This document shows positions 18,317-28,965 of a stretch of 63,102 bases of DNA, piece after piece. The DNA is taken from NCBI GenBank assembly GCA_020631045.1, contig JAHDHZ010000001.1:73852-136953 (forward strand), in the 5' to 3' direction. Numbering within the stretch: the first letter of the stretch is position 1; each line of letters opens with the position of its first letter. This DNA is from Flavobacteriales bacterium. GTDB lineage: Bacteria; Bacteroidota; Bacteroidia; Flavobacteriales_G; JALEGO01. The notes below the pieces were generated by a model. It searched no databases. It worked only from the letters and a program-made list of their open reading frames with translations, and was not told the DNA's origin. A program made the position numbers and the translations under genes.

Positions 18317-19503
18317 TCGAAGTTCAGGTTCCTCTATCTAAAAGTATCTCAAATAGACTACTAATCATTGCTCTTTTATCAAAGCAAGAGCTTTCATCGA
18401 CTGAACTTTCCCAGGCCCAAGACACCCTAATTCTTAAAAAGCTCATCGATCAATATAAAGAAGGCGCCTTAGATTTAAATGTTGAAGATTGTGGTACTGC
18501 TTTTCGTTTTTTATGCGCCTTTTTAGCTACTCAAAACAAGACATTTAACTTATTTGGAACCAAAAGACTCAATCAAAGACCCATTACTCCTTTAATAGAA
18601 GCATTAAGAGAAATGGGCGCAAAAATCACCTACCCCCAAACTCCTTTAAAAGCTCCACTGCAAATCAGTGGCCCCTTACTTTCAAACACATGCCATATAG
18701 ACTGCGCACAATCATCTCAATTTCTATCAGCGCTTTTACTGATTGGCGCATTTCAAAAAAAACCTTTTACCATCTACTACAAAAACCTTCATGCCAGCAA
18801 GCCTTATGCAGAGATGACAATTAAGCTACTTCGCAAAGCAGGAGCTTCTATTGATTTTCTTGAGAACAGGTCTATAATTAACTCATTATCAAACAACAAA
18901 AAGCTGTCAGTTGAAGTTGAGAAATGCTGGAGCAGCATCTCTTATTTTTACAATTGGGCCATGCATACCAACAAACCTATTTTTGTCAGTGGAGTAAAAG
19001 AGCAAAGTATTCAAGGAGATGCCATCTGCGTGAATTATTACAAAAAGCTTGGTGTAGACTCAAACTTTACAAAAAAAGGCCTGGTTATTACATCTAAACA
19101 CAGGCAAATAAACAAAAAACTAGACTTTGATTTTAGCCACTGCCCAGACATCTACCTCTCTGTATTAACTGGCTGCATTATTAAACAACAGCTATGCAGC
19201 ATGACAGGTCTTGAAAACCTTAACTTTAAAGAAAGTGAACGCCTTACTGCTTCTTTAGAATTACTCGATACTTTGGGAATTCACTGCACATCAAACAAAG
19301 AGTCTTTGACCATAGAATGCTACCCTGAAAACTATCCTAAAAAAATATCAATTAAAAGTTTAAATGACCATCGTATCATAATGTCTTTTAAATGTTTAAG
19401 CCCAATAATTAAAATTGATTTTAACAATGATTCACATGTTGTAAAATCATTTAAAAACTACCACCAAGAAGTAAAAAAAATATGCCAGCACATCGAATGT
19501 TAA
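18313..19503 (+). CDS. aroA: 3-phosphoshikimate 1-carboxyvinyltransferase (EPSP synthase)
   Basis: 396 aa. Motifs are PLSKSISNRLLIIA, CGTAFRFL and NDHRI. ATGA overlap with aroB. Confidence 0.85.
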   Translation: MIEVQVPLSKSISNRLLIIALLSKQELSSTELSQAQDTLILKKLIDQYKEGALDLNVEDCGTAFRFLCAFLATQNKTFNLFGTKRLNQRPITPLIEALREMGAKITYPQTPLKAPLQISGPLLSNTCHIDCAQSSQFLSALLLIGAFQKKPFTIYYKNLHASKPYAEMTIKLLRKAGASIDFLENRSIINSLSNNKKLSVEVEKCWSSISYFYNWAMHTNKPIFVSGVKEQSIQGDAICVNYYKKLGVDSNFTKKGLVITSKHRQINKKLDFDFSHCPDIYLSVLTGCIIKQQLCSMTGLENLNFKESERLTASLELLDTLGIHCTSNKESLTIECYPENYPKKISIKSLNDHRIIMSFKCLSPIIKIDFNNDSHVVKSFKNYHQEVKKICQHIEC

Positions 19504-19868
19504 AATCTATTGCAGCCTTACACGGAGCATGTGCCATTATATTGGGCGCTTTTTCTGCACATTACTTAGCTGAAATCATCCCCCCAAATTCTTTAGCCAA
19601 CTTTAAGCTAGCTGCTCAATATCAAATCATTCATGCCTTATTTATGCTGGTTGTCTTGCAATTAAAAGTGGTTCAAAAAAGCTTTTTTTATGTACTTAAC
19701 CTTGGCATTCTTTTTTTCAGTGGATCTATTTATGTATTAAGCGCTAAAATCATTACCAATCCCTCGGTGCTCAAAATCATCGGTCCTATTACTCCAATCG
19801 GCGGAACACTCTTAATCTTTTGTTGGATTTGGCTTTCTGTTCAACTGCTCAAGAATCAAACAAACTAA
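19482..19868 (+). CDS. DUF423 (YgdD/TMEM256-like) membrane protein
   Basis: 128 aa with four TM helices and a GAFSAHYL motif. It overlaps the aroA 3' end by 22 nt. Confidence 0.7.
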   Translation: MPAHRMLKSIAALHGACAIILGAFSAHYLAEIIPPNSLANFKLAAQYQIIHALFMLVVLQLKVVQKSFFYVLNLGILFFSGSIYVLSAKIITNPSVLKIIGPITPIGGTLLIFCWIWLSVQLLKNQTN

Positions 19869-20934
19869 AGAATTTAGTCTGTATGCTCTTTTTAGAATAA
19901 TAACGTGCTACATGGGCAATACCTTGTTCTCCCATTTGCTTTCTGAGTGCTTGGTCTTTGATCAATTTCTCAATGGCCTTAAACCACTGATCTTGCGATT
20001 CAGCTAAAAAGCCAGTTTTCTGATCAAGCACAATTTTTGTATTTACCCCATAAGGGCTTACCACAGCTGCAATACCCAAGGCCGAGTACTGAATGGCTTT
20101 AAACCCACATTTTCCTTCAGTCCATTGATTGTTTTTCAAAGGCATTAGTCCAATATGCAACTTTGAGAGATCTTGCACTTCGGTTGCTTTATTAAATTTG
20201 ATGTTTTTTAAGCTCTTGAGTTTTAATTCGGCAGGTTTGTCAGAAATCACATGAAAATCAAAAGCATAGTGCTCTTCTAATTTTTGAAGCACAGGTTCTA
20301 TGATTTTTAAGTACCGTAGAGTTGTTCTACTGCCCGTCCATCCAATAATAAGTTTTTCTTTGGTTTGATCACTTTTTATGTTGTGTTCTTTCTCAGTATC
20401 AACTACAGTGGGTAAGACTAAGACATTTTGATTGTACTTGCGAGCATAGTTTGCTAAAAATTCGTTTCCACAAGAAATCTTGTATGCCCATTTACAAATC
20501 AAAGAAACTTTTGATGGATTTTTTAAAAAATTAAAAAAGGCATTTTCTTTTGAATAATTCAATAAATAAATGGCATCGTCAAAATCATAAATAATTTTTT
20601 TTTTCAGTACTTTAGCGATGATCCATTCAAAAACAGCAGGACCAATCGGGCTGATCTCTCTAAACACAAAAACAACATCAGCTTTTCTAGCTTTATTGAG
20701 CATTAAAACACAAGAAAACAATCCACCCAACACGCCAAAGGCCTTTTTAAAAAGCTTGCCTTGTTGATATAAAATAGCATTGACCCTAGCTGAAAAAAAA
20801 GCATTTGTCTCTATCTGACACCCTGCCTTTTGCAAATCATCAAAAAACAGCTCATATCGAAACCTCTGCCCAGGAGACCCCCCCTTAGGATAAACAGATA
20901 GAAACAACAAACGCTTATTTTTCCGCAATGGCAT
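19849..20934 (-). CDS. Glycosyltransferase (GT4/GT1-like, GT-B fold)
   Basis: The C-terminal half resembles the Glycos_transf_1 region (GWTGSRTT..PLKNNQWTEGKCGFKAIQYSALGIAAVVSPYGVN..GFLA). ATG 20934 (MPLRKNKRLLFLS..) is preferred over the track start at 20979. Confidence 0.7.
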   Translation of the reverse strand: MPLRKNKRLLFLSVYPKGGSPGQRFRYELFFDDLQKAGCQIETNAFFSARVNAILYQQGKLFKKAFGVLGGLFSCVLMLNKARKADVVFVFREISPIGPAVFEWIIAKVLKKKIIYDFDDAIYLLNYSKENAFFNFLKNPSKVSLICKWAYKISCGNEFLANYARKYNQNVLVLPTVVDTEKEHNIKSDQTKEKLIIGWTGSRTTLRYLKIIEPVLQKLEEHYAFDFHVISDKPAELKLKSLKNIKFNKATEVQDLSKLHIGLMPLKNNQWTEGKCGFKAIQYSALGIAAVVSPYGVNTKIVLDQKTGFLAESQDQWFKAIEKLIKDQALRKQMGEQGIAHVARYYSKKSIQTKFFSLFDS

Positions 20935-21823
20935 GCCAGTAAGGTTGTCGATCAGAAAAGCGAATGTTTTTAAGACCACATTGCTGCATCATTTCTGTGA
21001 TTTGCTGCTTTGAAAACCTCTGTTCTAAGGGGGTTCCGAAACGATCTAAAGCATCATTTCTAATAATTGTAAAAGATTTTCCCAAATAAAAGTTTAAAGG
21101 GATTTTCTTAGAAGCTTCTAAGCCAAAGATTAATTTCACTGCTCCGCTCAAAGCCACAAAAGGCATATAAATGAATAATGCAATCACATCACACACCAAC
21201 TTTTTCAAACCACCTGGCAAACCTGAAATAACTTTTCTAAGTACTGTAGAGAGTTTAAATAAAAATTTAAACAACCACCCTCTTTCATTAAAATCATAAT
21301 ACAAATAAACCAAGAAATAACCTCCTTTTTTGACCTTGTCAACACATGCTTGCATGGCCTTTTGAGTATCAGGGATATGATGCAAAACCCCCAATGAAAA
21401 TACTAGATCAAACGATTCGTCTTCAAAAGGCAAAGCTGACACCTCTGCCATTGTAACTCTTGTATTAGACTTATCTGACAAATAATTTTGTGCTACCAAA
21501 GCTGCTTTTGACGGATCAACACATTCAATAAATTTCACTTTTGAAGAAAGAAAACGGCTCCACCTCCCAGTTCCACAACCTACGTCAAGTGCTGTAGAAT
21601 GTTTTGAAATCGAAGTTTGATCTAACAGATCAAAATAATCTTGGCCAATTTTCTTGAGTTGATCTTCTGAAAAGGCATTGAATTTTTGCCATTCTTCGCC
21701 AAAAGAATCAACAGTTTGCCAATCAATGTTTGATGATTTTTTTTGATCAATAAAACTGTTTATTTTTTGACCATTCTTAGTGACAATTACTTTTTCAGGC
21801 GGCTTTGAATATTCAACGTGCAT
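20915..21823 (-). CDS. Class I SAM-dependent methyltransferase with C-terminal membrane segment
   Basis: 302 aa. It has motif I ALDVGCGTGRWS and motif DLVFSLGVLHHIPD, with hydrophobic helices after residue 190. Confidence 0.75.
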   Translation of the reverse strand: MHVEYSKPPEKVIVTKNGQKINSFIDQKKSSNIDWQTVDSFGEEWQKFNAFSEDQLKKIGQDYFDLLDQTSISKHSTALDVGCGTGRWSRFLSSKVKFIECVDPSKAALVAQNYLSDKSNTRVTMAEVSALPFEDESFDLVFSLGVLHHIPDTQKAMQACVDKVKKGGYFLVYLYYDFNERGWLFKFLFKLSTVLRKVISGLPGGLKKLVCDVIALFIYMPFVALSGAVKLIFGLEASKKIPLNFYLGKSFTIIRNDALDRFGTPLEQRFSKQQITEMMQQCGLKNIRFSDRQPYWHAIAEK

Positions 21824-21837
21824 AAACTGGCTCGAAA

Positions 21838-23718
21838 TTAATTATTCTTTTTCAGCTTTAAGGCTTGATCAATCAAAAAAAGTTCTTTCTGAACTTGCTG
21901 GTTTGACTTTGATTTCTGAGCTCTTTTTGCAAAGAAAAGTGCTGAGTCGAGCATGTGATTCAATCGATAACTTGCAGCAAGATTCAACTCTAAAGCCCAC
22001 TTGTAAGCCTTTGGAGCTTCAAGCTTTGATAAATACTGAATGGCCCGTTTGTGGGCGCCCATTTGATTTAAAAGCACTGCGTGATCTATGTTTTGAGCAA
22101 AAGAAAAACTCAGATGGTTTAAACCTTTCAAGTCACTAATTGCTTGGGTGTAATCTTTTAGCTTATACGAGGCTAAAGCTCTATTTTTTAAAGCTTTTTG
22201 ATTGTTTGAATCTAAAAAAAGAATGGCTGAATAATCTCTTTGTGCTATTTCTGGTCTACCCAACTTATCTGCACAAAAGGCATGATTGGTCATTGCTTTG
22301 ATCAATTTAGCATCTTTTTTAAGTGCAAGAGCAGCATAATAAAGTGCTGAATCATACTTTTGTTTGCCCATATAAGAAACACAAAGCGCATTGAATGTTC
22401 TGGCATATGAAGCATCTAACTGAGCGCTTGTTTTCAATGCCTCAATTGCCTTGTCATACTCAAAAGCATCGTTAAGCGCTACACCATAACCAAAATGAGC
22501 ATATGCTTGACGAGTATATTTCTTGGTAATGTCTTGAAAAAGTGTCTGGCTAGTGTTCCAAACCCCTACCCTAAAAAAAGTCAATAATAAAAACACAAAT
22601 GCAATTAAAGCCAGTAAGATTTTCTGAACTCGAAATCTCTGGGTAAATACAACTACAAAACATGCTAAAAAAAACACTCCCTGATAAGCATACCGTTCAG
22701 CCACCAGGGTATTGCCTATAGGCACAATTCGAATTACTGCACTTAAAGAACTGACAAAACAAGCAATAAAAAACCAAAGCAGTTTTTGGTCTTTCTCTAT
22801 TTTTTTAAGCCCATAAATTAATACTATAAATACTAAAGGAATTAGGTAAAAATAAAATGGCAAAAGCCCATCTTGCTTTAAAGGATTAAAATGCAAAGCT
22901 GAAAGCTTTAAAGGCATAAAAAAACGCTCAACATAAAAAAACAAGGCTCTTGATGAGACAAATAAATAATCAAAGGGTTCAAAATTATTTTTTGATGAAA
23001 GTAATGACCCAAAAGCACTGGCGCTTTTCAAAGCCGCAATGCCAAAACAAATACTCAATAAGAAAAATGGCAGTAAGCCTGCATATTTTCTCATGCTCTT
23101 TTCTTTATCCATCAAGAATAAATAGACAAAAAAATACAAGGGTGTTACCACAGCCATTGACTTGCTCATTAAACTGAGTAGAAACAAAAACAACGAGGCC
23201 AAGTAATAAAGCTTCAGCTTGTTTTTTTGGTGATGTAAAAACATCAAAAAAGCTCCAAAAGAAAACACACTAAACAGCAAGGTGTTTTGAGCCGCCTTCC
23301 ATGCCACAGATTCAACCATGAGTGGATGCAGCAAAAACAGCAATACGACCCAAAAAATTTGGTCTAAACGTAATTTAAATTGCTTTGAAATCAAGGCACA
23401 AAACAATGCATTAGATAAATGAAGCAGTAAGCTTACCCAATGATAACCCAAAATATTTTCATTGAATAGTTTATACTCACAGGCATACAAAAGCCAACTC
23501 AAAGGCTGGTAATGACCCTCTCTTTGATGTGAAAATACATCGCGTAATTTTTCAAGATCAAAGGCCGTAACCCAATCGTTAAGCAAAATAAAGTTTTGAT
23601 CATCAAAATTGACAAACTCATTTGCAAATAGATTTACATATGCGCACAAGGTTAACACCACTAAAGTGCAAATTGCTAAAATTTTATGTTGCCGTTTAAA
23701 AAGGATATCCAATTCCAA
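21838..23718 (-). CDS. TMTC-like GT-C-fold membrane protein with C-terminal TPR repeats
   Basis: 626 aa. The N-terminus has FVNFDDQNFILLN (a DD loop motif), then YQPLSWLLYA..GYHWVSLLLH and about 10 TM helices. The C-terminal 230 aa are TPR-like. Confidence 0.65.
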   Translation of the reverse strand: MELDILFKRQHKILAICTLVVLTLCAYVNLFANEFVNFDDQNFILLNDWVTAFDLEKLRDVFSHQREGHYQPLSWLLYACEYKLFNENILGYHWVSLLLHLSNALFCALISKQFKLRLDQIFWVVLLFLLHPLMVESVAWKAAQNTLLFSVFSFGAFLMFLHHQKNKLKLYYLASLFLFLLSLMSKSMAVVTPLYFFVYLFLMDKEKSMRKYAGLLPFFLLSICFGIAALKSASAFGSLLSSKNNFEPFDYLFVSSRALFFYVERFFMPLKLSALHFNPLKQDGLLPFYFYLIPLVFIVLIYGLKKIEKDQKLLWFFIACFVSSLSAVIRIVPIGNTLVAERYAYQGVFFLACFVVVFTQRFRVQKILLALIAFVFLLLTFFRVGVWNTSQTLFQDITKKYTRQAYAHFGYGVALNDAFEYDKAIEALKTSAQLDASYARTFNALCVSYMGKQKYDSALYYAALALKKDAKLIKAMTNHAFCADKLGRPEIAQRDYSAILFLDSNNQKALKNRALASYKLKDYTQAISDLKGLNHLSFSFAQNIDHAVLLNQMGAHKRAIQYLSKLEAPKAYKWALELNLAASYRLNHMLDSALFFAKRAQKSKSNQQVQKELFLIDQALKLKKNN

Positions 23719-26062
23719 TGTTAAGATTATGTCCTAATTTGTATTGCTCACCTGTAAGCTGCTCAAAATTTGTTTTAGGCTGAAAAATCCAACGCTGATT
23801 TTCAACCAAAGCAGGATCTCTGAGCTGAGCACCCCAATCCACCCTAAAAATAAAAAAGTTAAAATCAAATCTTAACCCTGCACCTACACCTATCGCAATT
23901 TCTTTATAAAATCTAGTAAACTCAAAATCAGCACCCGCTCGGTTGCCATCTTTATTGTACAGCCAGATGTTTCCTGCGTCTGCAAATACTGCTGCTTCTA
24001 AAAAATCATTGAGATCAAACCTAAGTTCTGCATTAAACTCTAACTGAATGTCTCCGACCCTAAAAAAACTTGATTTGCCGTAACTCTCAAAACTCCCAGG
24101 CCCTAAACCTCTGATACTCCAGGCCCTTAATCCATTTGCTCCACCTGCAAAAAAAGCTTTTTCAAAGGGCAGGGCACTTGAATTTTGTAAGGGCAAACCA
24201 AATCCTGAGAAAAACCGGTATGCTACTCGAGTATATTTAGAAAGCACCTGATACAGTCTAAAATCTGCATTTAACTTTAAAAAATGAGCATACTGAATAT
24301 TAAAAAGTGTACTGAAAGCTGTATCAGAAAAACTAGGATTAAGTTGCTTATTTAATGCATACAACATAGATCCATATGATTCAATACCAAGCTTGTATGA
24401 GAAATTATTAACATGTTTAGAAGGTGGTCGTTTATGATGTAAAAACTGAAAAGTGCTCCCCAACAAAAAGTGATCTTGATAAGTATTTGTTAAATACGGG
24501 TTATCAAAACTTGCAATAGTGTCTTTAAAAGACTGGGTAGGAATTCGAACTAAATTAAGATCTATGGGCGCGAAAGAAAATACATTTAAGGGTGTTGTAC
24601 TCCACCCGTAACGATACTGAAAACCCACAATGTTTCTCAAAAAAGTAGGTATTTCTTGGTGAGAAAACTGAGCAACAAATTCGGTTTGAGGATTCAAAAT
24701 ATTCTTTTGATTTACTTTTAGAATGGGCACTAACAAACGTTGATTTAACAAGCTTAACTCTACTCCGTAATTGATTGTATTGAAAAATGATCCTACTTGA
24801 CTAGAGGTTAAAAACTGATCATTAGAAGCATTAAATGTTTGAGCTTCAAGGCCAATATTGGCTCTTAAAGAAAGTATCTCTCCGTTTTTAAAGGTGTTTT
24901 TATTTTGAACAGAAAAATCAGTTAAAATACCTAAACTGCCCCCCCTATTGGTTCCATTAAGCTCTACTGACATGGCATTTCTAGGCAAAAATGGTATGTG
25001 AATCTGCGCTTGTAGTCTGCCAATTGAGTCAGTGGGAGTAGTAATATCATTCAGCTTAATATTGACTCTTTTAAACAACTTTAAAGGCAACAATCTAGCA
25101 TAAGTCATTTCTGTATGCTGTAAAGAAAACAGCGCTTGTTTTTCAATGAAAATATTATCAGTTAAGAAAGCTGTATTGATCTTGCTTGAAAGATCAGGAT
25201 GCAACACATAATCAGAAGCATCAAGTTCAAAATCAAAATCACTATCACTTACTTGAATACTTTGAACATAGTATTTCTTATGATTTTCATTGTAAGTCGA
25301 ATCTTTAAAAGATCTTTTATCTTTCGTTAAAATTTGCGTAACGTGTACTTGATTTTCAGCAAAAGCAGTATCAACTTTAAAGCTGATTTTATCTTTAGAA
25401 AAGCTGTAGTAACCTTTATTTCTTATATTTCTAACAATAAATTCTCGATCAGAAATGAAATCTTGTTGATCATAAATTTTTCCTTCTTTGAGCTTTAATT
25501 TATTTCTAGTAGCCCTCTGTTTATACAATAGCTTGAATGTTTCAAGTAAGTGTTCGTCTTGTATTTCACTTGAAATCTTAGCAACTTGATAAGGCTCTTT
25601 GGGCTCAATTAAAAAAATATGTTTGATTTTTTTCTTTCTCTTGCCAACTATTTTAACAGTGTCTTTTATGTCAGCATGAAAATACCCTTTATTGAACATG
25701 TATTTCTTAACCTTATCTAATGAACTACGAACCAAATTTGAATCATAAATAACAGGTGCTTTGCCGATCTTTTTAGACAAGAAACCTCCATCTTTCTTAG
25801 GCGCTATACGCCTTCCAAAATTATAGGTGTACAAGAAAAACGGATAGACCTCTAACAGCCTTCTATTAGGCTGTTGAGCAATGACTGACTTTAATTCGCC
25901 CTGATCAATCTTAGCTCCCTGTATATCAATTTTATTCTTCTTGAGTAAATAGCTGCCCTTGGGCACAAATTTTGCCGAATTGCATCCACTAAGCACATAA
26001 AGCAAGAGCATACTCAAAAAAGTACTACTTCGATGTGTTATATTTGCTCTCAGTGATTTCAA
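23696..26062 (-). CDS. Omp85 (BamA/TamA) family outer-membrane protein with lipoprotein signal (TamL-like)
   Basis: 788 aa with a lipobox LLYVLSG|C, POTRA-like N-terminal repeats and a C-terminal bacterial surface antigen barrel (..FRVDWGAQL..LNIGIGYPF). TTG start. Confidence 0.75.
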   Translation of the reverse strand: MKSLRANITHRSSTFLSMLLLYVLSGCNSAKFVPKGSYLLKKNKIDIQGAKIDQGELKSVIAQQPNRRLLEVYPFFLYTYNFGRRIAPKKDGGFLSKKIGKAPVIYDSNLVRSSLDKVKKYMFNKGYFHADIKDTVKIVGKRKKKIKHIFLIEPKEPYQVAKISSEIQDEHLLETFKLLYKQRATRNKLKLKEGKIYDQQDFISDREFIVRNIRNKGYYSFSKDKISFKVDTAFAENQVHVTQILTKDKRSFKDSTYNENHKKYYVQSIQVSDSDFDFELDASDYVLHPDLSSKINTAFLTDNIFIEKQALFSLQHTEMTYARLLPLKLFKRVNIKLNDITTPTDSIGRLQAQIHIPFLPRNAMSVELNGTNRGGSLGILTDFSVQNKNTFKNGEILSLRANIGLEAQTFNASNDQFLTSSQVGSFFNTINYGVELSLLNQRLLVPILKVNQKNILNPQTEFVAQFSHQEIPTFLRNIVGFQYRYGWSTTPLNVFSFAPIDLNLVRIPTQSFKDTIASFDNPYLTNTYQDHFLLGSTFQFLHHKRPPSKHVNNFSYKLGIESYGSMLYALNKQLNPSFSDTAFSTLFNIQYAHFLKLNADFRLYQVLSKYTRVAYRFFSGFGLPLQNSSALPFEKAFFAGGANGLRAWSIRGLGPGSFESYGKSSFFRVGDIQLEFNAELRFDLNDFLEAAVFADAGNIWLYNKDGNRAGADFEFTRFYKEIAIGVGAGLRFDFNFFIFRVDWGAQLRDPALVENQRWIFQPKTNFEQLTGEQYKLGHNLNIGIGYPF

Positions 26063-26760
26063 AAGCTCAAATCAAATTTATAGTTTCTTTAAGAGAAAAG
26101 AAACACAGAGTTAAAGAAGGATTGTTTATCGCTGAAGGCCCTAAGGTAATTCGAGATTTAATTGACAATCATCTTGAATTACAAGATGTATATGCCACTA
26201 ATAAATTTGAGCAAGATTTGCCGCTCAAAACCCTCATTGATGCTACTACATTAAAAAAAATTTCAAGCCTTAAAACCCCTAATAAAGCTGTAGCTGTTTT
26301 TAAAATTCCAACTGAAAGCCCCATAGATGATGAGCAGATCACCATTTGTTTAGATCAAATTAGAGACCCAGGAAATCTGGGCACCATTATGCGCACCTGT
26401 GACTGGTTTGGCATTCAGCATATTGTGTGCGATCACAAAAGCGTTGATCAATACAACTCAAAGGTGGTACAAAGCGCTATGGGTAGCACGGGTAGAATCA
26501 GCATTACCTATACCGATTTGCAAGCATACTTACTGGCTCAGAGGCGCCCTATTTACAGAGCAGATATGCAAGGAGAAAGCATTTATAACAAGCAACTCGA
26601 AGAAAATGCCATCATTGTATTTGGAAACGAGGCCAATGGCATTTCTCAAAACATCAAATCTTTATTGCCCAAGGCATTGCATATTCCCAGAAAAGGAAAG
26701 GCTGAATCTCTAAACCTTGCTTCAAGTGTGGCCATTATGCTCAGTCACTTTACAAACTAA
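26035..26760 (+). CDS. TrmH/SpoU-family RNA 2'-O-methyltransferase
   Basis: 241 aa. Motifs are ISKAQIKFIVSLREKKHR, DQIRDPGNLGTIMRTCDWFG, IVFGNEANGIS and ESLNLASSVAI. The start is likely GTG 26053. Confidence 0.85.
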   Translation: MLYLLSVISKAQIKFIVSLREKKHRVKEGLFIAEGPKVIRDLIDNHLELQDVYATNKFEQDLPLKTLIDATTLKKISSLKTPNKAVAVFKIPTESPIDDEQITICLDQIRDPGNLGTIMRTCDWFGIQHIVCDHKSVDQYNSKVVQSAMGSTGRISITYTDLQAYLLAQRRPIYRADMQGESIYNKQLEENAIIVFGNEANGISQNIKSLLPKALHIPRKGKAESLNLASSVAIMLSHFTN

Positions 26761-28948
26761 ACCAATAGTTCAGCTTTACAATTAAGGCTCTATTTTTAAT
26801 TGAGAATTGCTCATTGTAATTGTCTCCATAGACAATAAACAAATCAGACATAGGCTTAAATCGGTACTGCAAGCGGGTATTTAAATTGAGGTTTTGCGCT
26901 TGGGTATTGTATTGCAGATAGGTCGTCAAAAACAATTTTTTTGTAAAACTCACCTCTGTTCGAAAGCCCACCAGTGTTAAATCGGCTGTCTGATTTAAAT
27001 AAGGCATATCAAAACGATTAAATGAAGCGTTTAGCTCAGCAATGACAAAAGGCTGAAAGCGTTTTGAGATACTAAGATTAGAAGTGAATTGATGGCCATT
27101 GTAGTATTGCCCAATCCTGGTATTTACAGCGTAAAAAAATGGCCTTCGTGCATTTGAAGTAAAATCAACAGAAAGGGCATTAAAGCTGTACCTACCCATA
27201 GGCAATGGCGTTTGACCACTAAAGGTAATGTCTCTGTCATAGAACAAGAGCACCTCTCTATTGATGGCTTTAAGGATCAAATCAGCTGAATTTTGAAATA
27301 AAATACCTCCAGATAATTCATTAATTCTGTCATTTGACTCAAGGCGCTCGTTCATATAATCACTGTAATATGTGCCTAGGGTGATTTTGTTGATTAGGGT
27401 GCTTTTAGGATACCACTTTCTGTAAATTGAAGGTTCTAAACGTACATAACCAATGTTTATATTTTGATTTTGAGTAGGGTCAAACAGACTTGCTCGAGGT
27501 ACAAAACCAACATCTGCCCTGTAATTTTCTGTTACATGTTCGTGATTCCAAGAAATTGACCAGTTTTGATCAGCGTAGGTGAGCCAAGTAGCATTAGCAA
27601 AAGCTTTATTTGTAAGATTAGGCTTAAAAGAATGATGATAAAAAGCCTTTCCAATGAACCTACCATCTGCAGAGGCCAAATTATAATCTAGGCCTAAAAT
27701 CCTTCCATAATCAGAGGCATTACTTTGCCTGTTTATAGCAATAAAAGCAATATTTGAGCGCTTAAAAATTTTTCTTTGCACAGCAAGTACCGAGTAATTT
27801 TGCGCATCGATACCTGAGGTTTGATCACTTGCACTTTGTGTACTCATCACTCCTATTCTCCAATTTTTACCCACTTTTCCACTCAACCTTGCCCCATAAT
27901 ACAGCGGAATCTGCCGCATACTAAAAGTTGTGCTATCAAATTGAAGGCCTATGTTTCTAGAAAAGAAAGGCCTAATTTTTGTAAATCCAAAATTGGCAAA
28001 CAAATCACTATTCTCAGTAAAAAACTGTCGCCTTTCAGGAAAAAACAAACTAAATCGAGACAAATTAATCACTTGACGATCGACTTCTACTTGAGAAAAA
28101 TCTGGGTTTACGGTCAAATCTAAATTTAAGCCCGTACCGATAGCCATTCGAGCATCTAATCCTGCATTTGGCTTTAGCTCTTCAGTATCTGCCTGGTAAT
28201 CTTTTGTGTATGAACTTTGCAGGTATGGAATAATGGCTATGTTTTTATTTTTTTTGGGTGGATGTTGATCCCACTGAAGTTTTGCGTGAAAAGCGAGCGT
28301 AGCGATGTTAAAGTTTCTGGGTACTTTCACCCAAGCAGAATTTTCATTACGTTTCAAGTCATTTCTAGAAAAATTAATACCCCAAGACAAAGCTGAGGCA
28401 TCATATCTAATGGATTTAAAAGGAATGGCCATCTCAGCTTGCCAATAGCCATCAAAGACTTTAACCGCACTGTTCCACTTTTGATCCCAAGAAGTGGTTA
28501 CGCCAAATACTCCACCATTTTGCAACAAACCCTCTCTTTGTACTCCAAGAGGAGACACTGAAAAACTATAGCCATTTTGCCCGTCGTTGAACGGATCTAT
28601 AAACACAGCAAAAGCATCGGTCTTAGGGTATGAATAATCACGCTTTAAAGACTGAATCACAAAATCTCCTTTGATTAAATCTTCACACTTTATAGCCAAG
28701 TAAATGTTTTGATCATCATAAGTCATTTGCACGAAAGTTTTACTCTGGGCAAAACCTGTGTCGTAAGGAAAGTTCTGATAAAAATCTTGTGCAATCTGAG
28801 TCTTTTGCCAAACTACTTCTTCAAACAATCCGTCTATTTTAATCTGATGAGCGGTTTTGTGAATATCGTATTGTTTTTGAGCCACAAAATACCCATGCAA
28901 AAAGATCATACAAAAAATAAAAGAAAAGGCTTTTTTCATGCTTTTCAA
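26750..28948 (-). CDS. DUF5916 / carbohydrate-binding family 9-like domain protein
   Basis: 732 aa with a signal peptide, an N-terminal CBM9/DOMON-like region (IKIDGLFEEVVWQK..DFYQNFP) and a large beta-rich C-terminal region. Confidence 0.6.
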   Translation of the reverse strand: MKSMKKAFSFIFCMIFLHGYFVAQKQYDIHKTAHQIKIDGLFEEVVWQKTQIAQDFYQNFPYDTGFAQSKTFVQMTYDDQNIYLAIKCEDLIKGDFVIQSLKRDYSYPKTDAFAVFIDPFNDGQNGYSFSVSPLGVQREGLLQNGGVFGVTTSWDQKWNSAVKVFDGYWQAEMAIPFKSIRYDASALSWGINFSRNDLKRNENSAWVKVPRNFNIATLAFHAKLQWDQHPPKKNKNIAIIPYLQSSYTKDYQADTEELKPNAGLDARMAIGTGLNLDLTVNPDFSQVEVDRQVINLSRFSLFFPERRQFFTENSDLFANFGFTKIRPFFSRNIGLQFDSTTFSMRQIPLYYGARLSGKVGKNWRIGVMSTQSASDQTSGIDAQNYSVLAVQRKIFKRSNIAFIAINRQSNASDYGRILGLDYNLASADGRFIGKAFYHHSFKPNLTNKAFANATWLTYADQNWSISWNHEHVTENYRADVGFVPRASLFDPTQNQNINIGYVRLEPSIYRKWYPKSTLINKITLGTYYSDYMNERLESNDRINELSGGILFQNSADLILKAINREVLLFYDRDITFSGQTPLPMGRYSFNALSVDFTSNARRPFFYAVNTRIGQYYNGHQFTSNLSISKRFQPFVIAELNASFNRFDMPYLNQTADLTLVGFRTEVSFTKKLFLTTYLQYNTQAQNLNLNTRLQYRFKPMSDLFIVYGDNYNEQFSIKNRALIVKLNYWFSL

Positions 28949-28965
28949 AAATACTTATCTTTTAG

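Noticed and set aside
26399-26713. 104-aa same-strand alternative-frame ORF within the TrmH gene
   Set aside because: The TrmH frame carries all the SpoU motifs. The alternative frame has no recognisable features.
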